DNA of 54,833 nt, from the NCBI GenBank assembly GCA_016939375.1, contig JAFGHF010000012.1, forward strand, positions 1 through 54,833, given 5' to 3'. Source of the DNA: Candidatus Omnitrophota bacterium (GTDB lineage Bacteria > Omnitrophota > Gorgyraeia > JAFGHF01). A program made the translations under genes and the position numbers. Of this stretch, positions 25,160 through 35,652 are shown one piece after another (position 1 is the stretch's first letter; the number at the start of each line of letters is the position of its first letter). Below the pieces are notes generated by a model, which was not told the origin of the DNA, did not search any database, and saw only the letters and a list, made by a program, of their open reading frames with translations.

Positions 25160-26830
25160 TCAATATTCTTTTTCTCTTAAGGCCCTCATACCTAAATATA
25201 AAGGGACTACACAACATATAGCGCTCAATATGACTACGCCTAAAGCGCAAAGTACCAGGTATTTCTTTAAAATCACGATCCCCGCGATCCGGCCCAGGGC
25301 ATTAAAGTGGAATACCCCTCCTACCACCCCTACGGTGAGCAAAAGATAGATCAGATTCAAGGCAAAATTCAAAGTCCCGCCAAAGCCGGAAAAAATCGCC
25401 GCCGGATTTTTTACCGTAAAATCGGCAAACACCGCTCCCAGCCCACAGCTTAATCCTACTGAAGATATACAAGACAATATAATCAGGCTCAGCGAGACCA
25501 CCCAAATGGTCTTTGAAACTTCCAGCATATGATTTGAAAGGCATATCAGACCCACGCTTATAAACAGGCTAAAAAATAAGCTCAACCAGAATTTCTGCAA
25601 AAGTATTTTCTTGAAACTCACCGGCGCCAGGCCTAAGACCCAAAAACTCCTTCCCTCCAGGCTTAACTGAGGAAATACAAACCTCGCTCCCAGTGAGGCC
25701 AAGACTAGTGCAGTAGCAAAGATATTTAAAAAGCTGATTAGGCTTTTCCACATCGGGCTGTAGAGATGGTAGGAATAACTCTGCAGGTTTCCGAAATAGA
25801 TCGCCAGGATACCAAAAAAGATAAGAAACTGCGACCATTGTACGGCATCCCGGGAAAAAAGTTTAATGTCTTTGATTACCATCGCCCTTGAGTCAGGGCT
25901 AATAAATTTAAAACGGTTGACCATACTGTCGATAGAACTCTTTGAGTATATTTTTGTCGCGCTGGGAGACTGTATCTTCTCCCAGACCGGGTAATAGATC
26001 CTCCTAGCCAAGCTATGGATGACCAAAATCCCCATGCAGACATTGCTAAAAAGCAAGAGCCACCAAAACAAAGCCTGTTCGTATCTGCCCTGGATCACAG
26101 CAGTGATTCCCTCGGCTACCCAAAAGTTAGGTAAAAACAGACTGTTTGAAAGGTTGGTGTAAGGCAACAGGCGCCTGAGAAAAAAGGAAGTCTCATCAAG
26201 AGCTGGAGGCCGCACGACATCGACTCTGATAATGGCAAAGATAGCGGCTATAGTTATACCTACCAATATAGCAATAAGCGTCCTTTTATTGGGTATGATC
26301 TTAAGCAACAACATCATCACCGCTGTGCCTATTATAGCCGCTAAGACTATTAGGGGGAGAAAAAACATGATCGAAGCTAGATAGAAATCAAGGCCCAAGT
26401 TGCCATGTATGCCAAACGCGAGCAAGAACGGTCCTAGGATGAAAAAGAAAGCCCAGGAGCTCAAGCCCATGGATTCCAAAAACTTGACCATGAAGATCTT
26501 GGAATATGTCAGGGGATGCTTTAAAAAGAATTTGACCTCCGGTGAGCGATAGATAGTGGCGTAACTGATGATGATATTGCTAAAGACCAACATAAAAAAA
26601 AGCCCCATAAAGTAAAGATAAAAAAGACGGTTGACCACTATTATGCCCACTCCGCCCAAGTTATCAAAAAACTCCAAGGCCTTCCAAAAAAGAAAAAAAC
26701 CTCCCGCCAAAAGAAAAGTCACGAAAAAACCCACAAAGGCATCTTTCAAGATAGGCTCTTTGGGCAAAAGCGTAAGGGTATTCTTGAGGATATTAAATCT
26801 TGTCTTTAAAATTGCTGAATTCTGACTCAT
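25160..26830 (-). CDS. ABC exporter permease (ABC-2-type, duplicated membrane domain)
   Basis: About 12-14 TMs, KDIKLFSRD, SLEGRSFWVL..APV...ILLQKF; overlaps the ABC ATPase gene. Confidence 0.88.
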   Translation of the reverse strand: MSQNSAILKTRFNILKNTLTLLPKEPILKDAFVGFFVTFLLAGGFFLFWKALEFFDNLGGVGIIVVNRLFYLYFMGLFFMLVFSNIIISYATIYRSPEVKFFLKHPLTYSKIFMVKFLESMGLSSWAFFFILGPFLLAFGIHGNLGLDFYLASIMFFLPLIVLAAIIGTAVMMLLLKIIPNKRTLIAILVGITIAAIFAIIRVDVVRPPALDETSFFLRRLLPYTNLSNSLFLPNFWVAEGITAVIQGRYEQALFWWLLLFSNVCMGILVIHSLARRIYYPVWEKIQSPSATKIYSKSSIDSMVNRFKFISPDSRAMVIKDIKLFSRDAVQWSQFLIFFGILAIYFGNLQSYSYHLYSPMWKSLISFLNIFATALVLASLGARFVFPQLSLEGRSFWVLGLAPVSFKKILLQKFWLSLFFSLFISVGLICLSNHMLEVSKTIWVVSLSLIILSCISSVGLSCGLGAVFADFTVKNPAAIFSGFGGTLNFALNLIYLLLTVGVVGGVFHFNALGRIAGIVILKKYLVLCALGVVILSAICCVVPLYLGMRALREKEY

Positions 26831-27554
26831 CGTCTAAGGCCTTGGTCAATTTTAAAAAAATGTCTTCTAATTTCCCGCTTACCCCGCTGGTCTTGGTCAA
26901 TTCATCGAAAGTCCCTTGAGCGATCATCTCTCCCTTATCGATGATGCCGATCCTATCGGCCAATTCCTCGGCGATAGAAAGGATATGCGTGGACATAAAT
27001 ATCGTCGTGCCCTGAGATGTCCTCTTCTTAAGCAGCCTTTTGATCAGGTGAATACTGTGCGGGTCAAGTCCTACTAAAGGCTCATCGATAAAGATCACTT
27101 CCGGTCTATGGATCAAAGCAGCGATATAGACTATTCTCTGTTGTAGTCCGTGAGAAAGGTTCTCGATCAATATATCGGCCACCTCATTTAAGCTGAAAAA
27201 ATCGAAATAGTCCTGGGCGGCCTCTAAAAGATAGCCTCTTTCCAGCCCATAGAGTGTTCCCACCAGTTCCACAAATTCCCTGGGTGTCAATTTATCATAA
27301 AGAAAAGGCGTATCGGGAATATAGCCGATTATTTTCTTGGCCTCTAAAAAGTCTTTCTGAATATCTTTATCTTTCACATAGGCGCAGCCGCTGGTGGGTT
27401 TAAGCAGTCCGGTGAGCATCTTTATGGTAGTGGTCTTACCAGCAGCATTGGGTCCTAAAAAGGTAAAGAATTCTCCCTTCTTTATTTCAAGGTTTAAGTT
27501 CTGCACCGCCTTTTTTTTACCAAAATGTTTACAGAGCCCGACTGTTTTTATCAT
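26793..27554 (-). CDS. ABC transporter ATP-binding protein
   Basis: GPNAAGKTT, LSHGLQQR, IFIDEP, MSTH. Confidence 0.95.
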   Translation of the reverse strand: MIKTVGLCKHFGKKKAVQNLNLEIKKGEFFTFLGPNAAGKTTTIKMLTGLLKPTSGCAYVKDKDIQKDFLEAKKIIGYIPDTPFLYDKLTPREFVELVGTLYGLERGYLLEAAQDYFDFFSLNEVADILIENLSHGLQQRIVYIAALIHRPEVIFIDEPLVGLDPHSIHLIKRLLKKRTSQGTTIFMSTHILSIAEELADRIGIIDKGEMIAQGTFDELTKTSGVSGKLEDIFLKLTKALDDESEFSNFKDKI

Positions 27555-29044
27555 CTATACTCCTTTATCTTGATTTCCAGCTTGCCGATTACCTTTACCA
27601 GGGCCAACTGGTCTTTGATCTCTCCCTCCAATAATTTGATATGCGTAGCGCAGGCCACATCCTGGCCCAGCGTAGGGTCCATATCCACCCAGCTTCCTAC
27701 ATACACCTGCGGCCAGGCATGGTAATAAAAACCTCCTTGTTGATAGAGAAGGCCGTATGCAATCTTGGTAGGAATACTTAGACTTCTGGCTAAAGCAGTA
27801 TAAAGAAAGGCGTGTTCGTTGCAATCGCCCTGCATATGATGCAATACCTCTAAAGACGAAGGTATGCTCATCGCGGGCACCTTCTTGACATGCTTATACA
27901 CCCAGCGGTTTAACAGCACTGCCGCCTGCCAGCTATCTTTAGTATTACCGACGATATTCTTGGCTGTCTTGATGATCTCTTGGTCATCGGATTGTATGAA
28001 AATAGAAGGTGCTAAAAATTCTCTTAGTTCGTCTTTTTCTATCGGTAAGGAAAGCGCCTTATCCGGAGGCCCCAAGGCATCGACGCTTAGGGTTATCTTA
28101 TCATCATCAGCGGCGATTATATTCTGGCGGCTGCTCTCTAGATTTTTTTTATCCAGGACATAGCCTTTCAAGTCCGCCTTTAAAAAACGCGATTCCCTGG
28201 CGTTCTCGATCTCGACATTACTGCGCACTGATGTAGAGGCAATCAGATCGATCATCACTGTGGGTTTTTCCCTCATAAAATCAAGTATCTCCTCGGCATC
28301 CTCCTTAAGGATCAACCATCCGAGCGGAGTCTCCTCTTTAAGCAATTCTCCTTCTTCGTTGACCCAGGCAAAAGTCTCGATCCCCTTGTAATCTATTTTT
28401 AATTTTGTGGCCCGGAAGTCCTTTTTCATTACATGCAAAGTCTCCTTGCCCAGCGGCTCTATAAACACTTCCTCTGCCGACATAGATATCGGGTCAAACA
28501 TCTTCACGGTGAACTTTCTGCCGGAACTCAGCTTTCCTGTAGGCAATGGCGCCAAAGGAGAATACAGCACGGAATCTTTAGGCAGACTAAGACGGGTGCT
28601 CCTTTTTTTACCGGCTGACTCTACGACCAGCAGCCAATCTTCTTCTTCGAGCAATTGGCCCGTCAATTTAGTGGAATAGCGGGCAGAGTTTAGGTCTACC
28701 CAAAAGTTTTTCAGTCTGTGGCCGGCATCGATAAGCGCCTCGGTATTAAAGTATATCTGCTCCGACCGGCCCAATATAGGCACCTGTAAGAATGTATTAT
28801 TTCTGATCAAAAACTGGCTGATCTGCTTTCCTGGCGGTACGCTCACGTAAGTATGCATATAGCCGATCTTGACCCCTTGAAAATAGACCCCCATCCAGTT
28901 ATCTTCTAACATAAGGTCCTGAGGGATCAACTCAAGATAGCTCAACTGTTTATGGCCGAATAACCCGGGAAATACCTCAAAATGAAAAAGCAGGGTCATC
29001 ATCACTGCCCAAAAAACCACTACTATTACTTTTACTATCTTCAT
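27551..29044 (-). CDS. Membrane-anchored transglutaminase-like domain protein
   Basis: N-terminal TM; catalytic triad motifs GDCNEHA, YHAW, DMDPT. Confidence 0.9.
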   Translation of the reverse strand: MKIVKVIVVVFWAVMMTLLFHFEVFPGLFGHKQLSYLELIPQDLMLEDNWMGVYFQGVKIGYMHTYVSVPPGKQISQFLIRNNTFLQVPILGRSEQIYFNTEALIDAGHRLKNFWVDLNSARYSTKLTGQLLEEEDWLLVVESAGKKRSTRLSLPKDSVLYSPLAPLPTGKLSSGRKFTVKMFDPISMSAEEVFIEPLGKETLHVMKKDFRATKLKIDYKGIETFAWVNEEGELLKEETPLGWLILKEDAEEILDFMREKPTVMIDLIASTSVRSNVEIENARESRFLKADLKGYVLDKKNLESSRQNIIAADDDKITLSVDALGPPDKALSLPIEKDELREFLAPSIFIQSDDQEIIKTAKNIVGNTKDSWQAAVLLNRWVYKHVKKVPAMSIPSSLEVLHHMQGDCNEHAFLYTALARSLSIPTKIAYGLLYQQGGFYYHAWPQVYVGSWVDMDPTLGQDVACATHIKLLEGEIKDQLALVKVIGKLEIKIKEYR

Positions 29045-29060
29045 ATTATTCCTTAAAAAA

Positions 29061-29450
29061 CTACTCTAAGGCCTTCCAGCGCGCGTCTATTTTCTCTGCC
29101 TGGATCTTTCTGCCTGTCTTTTTATATAACTCTGCGAGCCTCTTTAAGAAAGGCATTAAATCTACGCTATCCTCTCCCAAAGACCGCTCTATCAGCTCGA
29201 TTCCTCTATTTAGTGCCTCTTCGGCCTGTTCATATTTCTCCTGCTCGATACAATCAGTGCCGAGCGCAAGCAGATCTTCGGCGGAGCCATTTCCCTCTTG
29301 GCTCTCAAAACGGTCGAGGATCTCATCATATGCGTCAGCGGAGAACCCTTCGAAATATTCTTCCTGCTGTACTTCCATCACCGCGTCCGGGTCCTGGGCA
29401 AAGCAGGTCAAGGGAAAAAGAAAAATCAAGATTATCAATAATCTCATCAC
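29061..29450 (-). CDS. Exported TPR protein
   Basis: Signal peptide; LGTDCIEQEKYEQAE and LAELYKKTGR (kinesin-light-chain-like TPR). Confidence 0.8.
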   Translation of the reverse strand: MMRLLIILIFLFPLTCFAQDPDAVMEVQQEEYFEGFSADAYDEILDRFESQEGNGSAEDLLALGTDCIEQEKYEQAEEALNRGIELIERSLGEDSVDLMPFLKRLAELYKKTGRKIQAEKIDARWKALE

Positions 29451-29475
29451 GCCTCCTGTCTTTTTTCAATGGCTC

Positions 29476-31401
<1,926 letters not shown>

Positions 31402-31437
31402 ATTGACCTGCTTTCTCGTTAAGACATGTCCGTCTGT

Positions 31438-31983
31438 TTAAAACCTTACATCCGGCGACTTTCTTTCAGTCGCGTATTCTATTTCAAAGAAATCCCGCGG
31501 TTTATAATTTAAGAGATTGGCTATTAGGTTACTGGGAAAGGCCTCCACGCATATATTATAGTCCCGCACTGTGCCGTTGTAGTATCTGCGCGCCATCTGT
31601 ATCTGGTCTTCTACTTCCGAGATCATCTTCTGTAACTCTAGAAACCCCTGATTGGCCTTAAGGTCAGGGTAGTTCTCGGCCAAGGCAAAAATACTCTTCA
31701 ATGTATGCGAAAGGTGATTTTCCACATTACCCTTTTCTCCTGCCCCGTTCATCTGTAAAAGCCGGGAGCGGATACTTGTCACTTCTTCCAATAAATTTTT
31801 TTCATGCTCCGCGTATCCCTTTACAGTATCTACAATCTTGGGAATAAGGTCATAGCGTCTTTTAAGCTGTACATCGATACCGCTCCAAGCCTCTTTGGTG
31901 AGGTTGCTTAAGCGGATGAAGCGGTTGTATATCCCCACAAACACGACCGCCACCACTACGAGAATGGCAAGCAATATGTACAT
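31438..31983 (-). CDS. lemA: LemA family protein
   Basis: AWSGIDVQLKRRYDLIP, AENYPDLKA, RRYYN, FPSN. Confidence 0.95.
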   Translation of the reverse strand: MYILLAILVVVAVVFVGIYNRFIRLSNLTKEAWSGIDVQLKRRYDLIPKIVDTVKGYAEHEKNLLEEVTSIRSRLLQMNGAGEKGNVENHLSHTLKSIFALAENYPDLKANQGFLELQKMISEVEDQIQMARRYYNGTVRDYNICVEAFPSNLIANLLNYKPRDFFEIEYATERKSPDVRF

Positions 31984-32031
31984 CTCCCCCCTCCTTAACA
32001 AATGTGTTGCCTTTTTTTCAACAATACTTCT

Positions 32032-32162
32032 TTACGTTTTTTTTATTTCCCGTACGGCAAACTTGACATAAGTCACGGTAAAGACAATACCGCAAAAAGA
32101 AATCCCGGTCCCAGAAAAAGACAAATCAAAGCCACTATACTGGATAATTGTTCTTTTTTTAT
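32032..32162 (-). pseudogene. Possible frameshifted small membrane-protein remnant
   Basis: ATA-initiated IKKEQLSSIVALICLFLGPGFLFA continues in another frame as GIVFTVTYVKFAVREIKKT*. Confidence 0.25.
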
Positions 32163-32164
32163 CG

Positions 32165-33004
32165 TTATCCTTCTTTCCATTTAAGTACATAGCTGTAAAA
32201 AACATAGTAATCCAAGGCCAGAAGTGGAAAACCTAGAAATCCGAGCAGAGGCATCTCAAAGATCTTGGGCCCGGCAGGATAAGGCAGCTTATATACCCAC
32301 TTCGCCCCTGCCCAATAGTTCCAGAACTCCCAGAGAAAACCGCAGATCAATCCTGCCACAAAAAGACATAAGAAGCGCTGCCAATTTCCGGCCTGCCAGT
32401 CTCCTAAAATCGAACTCCGCCCTTTTAGATAATTCACGGGGTCAAGAAGAAATATAAAACCAAGCCAAAGCGGGATAGCCAAGTATCCTGCTATATTAGT
32501 AGGTGTGACTAATATAGAAATCAGACATCCTGCTCCAAGTATACTAAAAGTATATAATATACTCCTAGAAATTTTGAATCCTTTCATCTTCAGCCTGAAT
32601 GCCCCTGCGCTTTCAAGTAAATCCGAGGTCTCCAGCATCCCCGGCCCTATTGTGGCAAAGGACCAGGTCATTCCCACTATCGTGATCCAGGGTGCCGGCA
32701 GTCCGATATAGGCCCAGTTTTTAAGAAAAAGATTGAAAAATTCAAAGACATACCAATAAACAGCCGAAAGCACGGTTATCAGCAAAAACTCCCGACCATC
32801 TGTGGCTATTCGGGAACGGCCTCTTATTTTAAACACTACGGCGTCGATAGCTAAGATGTAGCCGGTCCAGACCAGCGGTGTGAAAAAAATACGTGCCCAT
32901 TTTACTCCAGCTAGTAACAGTACTTCGGAGGTCAATAGTATCCCTAGACCTAAGTAAAAGCGAGGCTTCATTTTATAAAGCATCAAGTAATTCCTTAATA
33001 ACAT
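32165..33004 (-). CDS. Conserved-type multi-pass membrane protein
   Basis: About 8 TMs; two related motifs (FEFFN..LKNWAY and WEFWNYWA..KWVY), FEMPLLG.LGFP. Start may be 32971. Confidence 0.8.
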   Translation of the reverse strand: MLLRNYLMLYKMKPRFYLGLGILLTSEVLLLAGVKWARIFFTPLVWTGYILAIDAVVFKIRGRSRIATDGREFLLITVLSAVYWYVFEFFNLFLKNWAYIGLPAPWITIVGMTWSFATIGPGMLETSDLLESAGAFRLKMKGFKISRSILYTFSILGAGCLISILVTPTNIAGYLAIPLWLGFIFLLDPVNYLKGRSSILGDWQAGNWQRFLCLFVAGLICGFLWEFWNYWAGAKWVYKLPYPAGPKIFEMPLLGFLGFPLLALDYYVFYSYVLKWKEG

Positions 33005-33010
33005 ATTAAA

Positions 33011-33817
33011 TCATACATTCAGATCCATTTTTGTTATTAGCTTATGAGTAAGTGCTTCTTTGAGTTCTATCTTCTCTTTATGGCAAGCTACATAGGTCGG
33101 CTCTGCATCATCTACCCAAGCACCGCAGTTTGCGTATATGCCGTTTTCTATAGTATTCAACTGGCATTTATGGATATGGCCGAAGATTACTATTTTCGCA
33201 CCCGATTTTATATGATTTTTTACCGCTTGTTCGAATTCCCCAAAGTGTCCGCCTCTTTGGAAGTATTCCTTGGAAGTAGGAGTGACCTTGTTTCTTACAA
33301 ATATGGCCTTTTGCAAGAAATCATCTAGGCCCTCGATAGCCTTTTTGGTCCAAGTATCTACATTGGGATGGATAAGCTTTTCCAGGCTGGCTATAAATAG
33401 CGCTAGATGTTTTCCCGAAGGCCATTTGATCGATAAGAGGGGGTCGCGATAGCGGTTGAATATATCGTATCTGTGACCGTGTTCGCCGACGATGCCATAT
33501 TCGCTATCACGGTATTCCAGGCGTATATCGTTGCCTTGATCTACGAATTTTATAAAAGGTATGTAGTCGTGATTTCCTATCACATAAGTGACTTTTATTT
33601 TTTTCTTCAAATAAAAGAGTCTGTTGATGACATCGCTGTGCGTAAATATTACTCTATCTAAATCGGCCTGCCATAGCTCAAAAAGGTCGCCCAGAATTAT
33701 CAATTCTTCAGCCTGGTTTTCGGCGAAGTCAAAAAAATCCAGAAGTTCCTTATCGCGATGAAAATCATCGCTCCTTGAGCCGTCACCCAAATGCAGGTCG
33801 CTTATGAATATCTTCAT
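33011..33817 (-). CDS. Calcineurin-like metallophosphoesterase (LpxH/YbbF-like)
   Basis: ISDLHLG, GDLFE, GNHD, EHGH, FGHIH, NCGAW. Confidence 0.9.
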   Translation of the reverse strand: MKIFISDLHLGDGSRSDDFHRDKELLDFFDFAENQAEELIILGDLFELWQADLDRVIFTHSDVINRLFYLKKKIKVTYVIGNHDYIPFIKFVDQGNDIRLEYRDSEYGIVGEHGHRYDIFNRYRDPLLSIKWPSGKHLALFIASLEKLIHPNVDTWTKKAIEGLDDFLQKAIFVRNKVTPTSKEYFQRGGHFGEFEQAVKNHIKSGAKIVIFGHIHKCQLNTIENGIYANCGAWVDDAEPTYVACHKEKIELKEALTHKLITKMDLNV

Positions 33818-33822
33818 AAGGC

Positions 33823-35046
33823 TTAGTCTCGGGGATCCATTACCCTACCGATAAACAATATGCTCTCTGAGTGGATATCGCGGATGACAAAAATAAAGGG
33901 ATGGTCTGCTTTAAAGACAGGCGCCGGCTCCGGCATGCCTCTAATCTTCATGGTAACGGCGGTCGCGGCAGCCGCTTCAGTGCCTTCTTCGTTGACCTCT
34001 ACGAAAGCCTTGTGTATCACACTGGATATATACAGACCGACCGGATCCGGAGCCATCTTTGAAAAATCAGCTGATTTGCTACTAAAAGCATCTCTCATGC
34101 CTAATGTTTTCAGGGCATCTCCTAATAAAAATTCATCGCTCATCTTGAACTTGGGCATAGAAACAGAGACTTCTCGCTTTCTCAACGGCGCCAACCAATC
34201 TTCCAGGTCCTCGATTGTAAATGAGCCCTCGACCTCCTCTAACCCATCTACCTCTTTGGGAAGGATGATAACCATAGATAAAGCCTGCCCGTCATAAGGC
34301 ATCTCCAGCACCTGAAGCATATCATTTGCTGAATAATTGAATTCTTGCTGTTGTTTCATCATAGGTACTTCGACTTCTCTTCCATTACTTAAGGTAAACG
34401 GTCTATCTTGCGTATTGGCGGGATCAAACCGGGAGGCCCAATTCCCTTTAAAATAGATAGCGTTGGTCAAAACTAATCTTGTCAATGCATCGAGCGTGTC
34501 TTTGGCGATCAAGTCCTTGATCTTATTGTCCGTTTTATCTTCTACCCAAAGGTTGATCTTCTGTCTGGCCGCCTCACGCTCTACATCATCGACAAAATCG
34601 ACTTCCTCGAATCCGGCATTATAATAATTCTTGGTAATATTGATAAAATCATCGTAAAATTCATAATCCATCTGGGCCCATAGGGCGTTGGCGATAGATA
34701 GCTGATAAGCGTCTTCTTGCGGATCGGCATCTAAGCCGGTCATAAGCTCAGAAAAGGCATTATGCAGGTATGTCTCGTCCAGCTCAAAATGCAGCACATC
34801 GGCCATCTGAGAGGCGGTCTGGCCACTGGCCCCAACATAGGTCATGGCCAAGGCGCTGGATATACTGTAAGGCGAGAAAAAGAGATTACCGGAAGCTTTT
34901 TGTAATTGGCCATAGAGATCTAAGGCAAACATATTATTGCCTTCGGCTAGAATCTGCGCATCTGTCTGGTCTTGGGCATATAGACGGCCGCTGGCACATA
35001 ACAAAGATAACAAAAACAAAAATACTATTTTTGCCCTTCTTTTCAT
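33823..35046 (-). CDS. Secreted serpin (serine protease inhibitor)
   Basis: Signal peptide, NLFFSPYSI, INLWVEDKT, LTNAIYFKGNW, hinge EEGTEAAAATA, FKADHPFIFVI. Confidence 0.96.
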   Translation of the reverse strand: MKRRAKIVFLFLLSLLCASGRLYAQDQTDAQILAEGNNMFALDLYGQLQKASGNLFFSPYSISSALAMTYVGASGQTASQMADVLHFELDETYLHNAFSELMTGLDADPQEDAYQLSIANALWAQMDYEFYDDFINITKNYYNAGFEEVDFVDDVEREAARQKINLWVEDKTDNKIKDLIAKDTLDALTRLVLTNAIYFKGNWASRFDPANTQDRPFTLSNGREVEVPMMKQQQEFNYSANDMLQVLEMPYDGQALSMVIILPKEVDGLEEVEGSFTIEDLEDWLAPLRKREVSVSMPKFKMSDEFLLGDALKTLGMRDAFSSKSADFSKMAPDPVGLYISSVIHKAFVEVNEEGTEAAAATAVTMKIRGMPEPAPVFKADHPFIFVIRDIHSESILFIGRVMDPRD

Positions 35047-35624
35047 GAGTTCCTCCTTGAAATTAGATCTTTGATCGCCTTGACTATGGGAAAATACAGC
35101 GCAAAGCAGAAAATAGCGATCAACAAGACCAAGATCGCCTTTATTATTCTTCCGCCAAGGGTAAAATGGCCTATTTTAACCGAGATATCGGCATAATAGC
35201 CCTCGGGTCTTGCCATGAACTTTTTTATCTCCGGACCAAAGGTCCCACTCTCCAATCTGCTGAATACCTGGCCTCTGATCCCGGTCATCTCTAAATCGCC
35301 CTTGGCCTCTCTGGTCGTCCTGACAAATAAATCATCTTCCAGTGCATAGACCGCTTCTTCCGGGCTCTTTTTTATTTTAGTACTACCTGTTACCAGCTTA
35401 AGTTCATAAATATCGTTTCCCTCATTATCGACAGTGAGCTTGCGTACATTTTCAGCCTGCCAAAGACCGTTGACTGTAAGTGGCGCTACATAAAGAGGAG
35501 TCTTCTCTAAAATATCCTTAGGCAAACTGGCAAGAAGAAAAAATACTATTATCGGTACTATCAATAAGACTATAAGGCAAAGTAGCTTAAGGCCAAATAT
35601 AAAAAACTTCATGCATCCACCCAT
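35043..35624 (-). CDS. Two-TM hypothetical protein with a soluble loop
   Basis: N- and C-terminal TMs; directly downstream of the 1080-aa protein. Start at 35624 or 35612. Confidence 0.7.
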   Translation of the reverse strand: MGGCMKFFIFGLKLLCLIVLLIVPIIVFFLLASLPKDILEKTPLYVAPLTVNGLWQAENVRKLTVDNEGNDIYELKLVTGSTKIKKSPEEAVYALEDDLFVRTTREAKGDLEMTGIRGQVFSRLESGTFGPEIKKFMARPEGYYADISVKIGHFTLGGRIIKAILVLLIAIFCFALYFPIVKAIKDLISRRNS

Positions 35625-35652
35625 TTTTCTTTCCTTGCTTTTGTTCCGGTTT

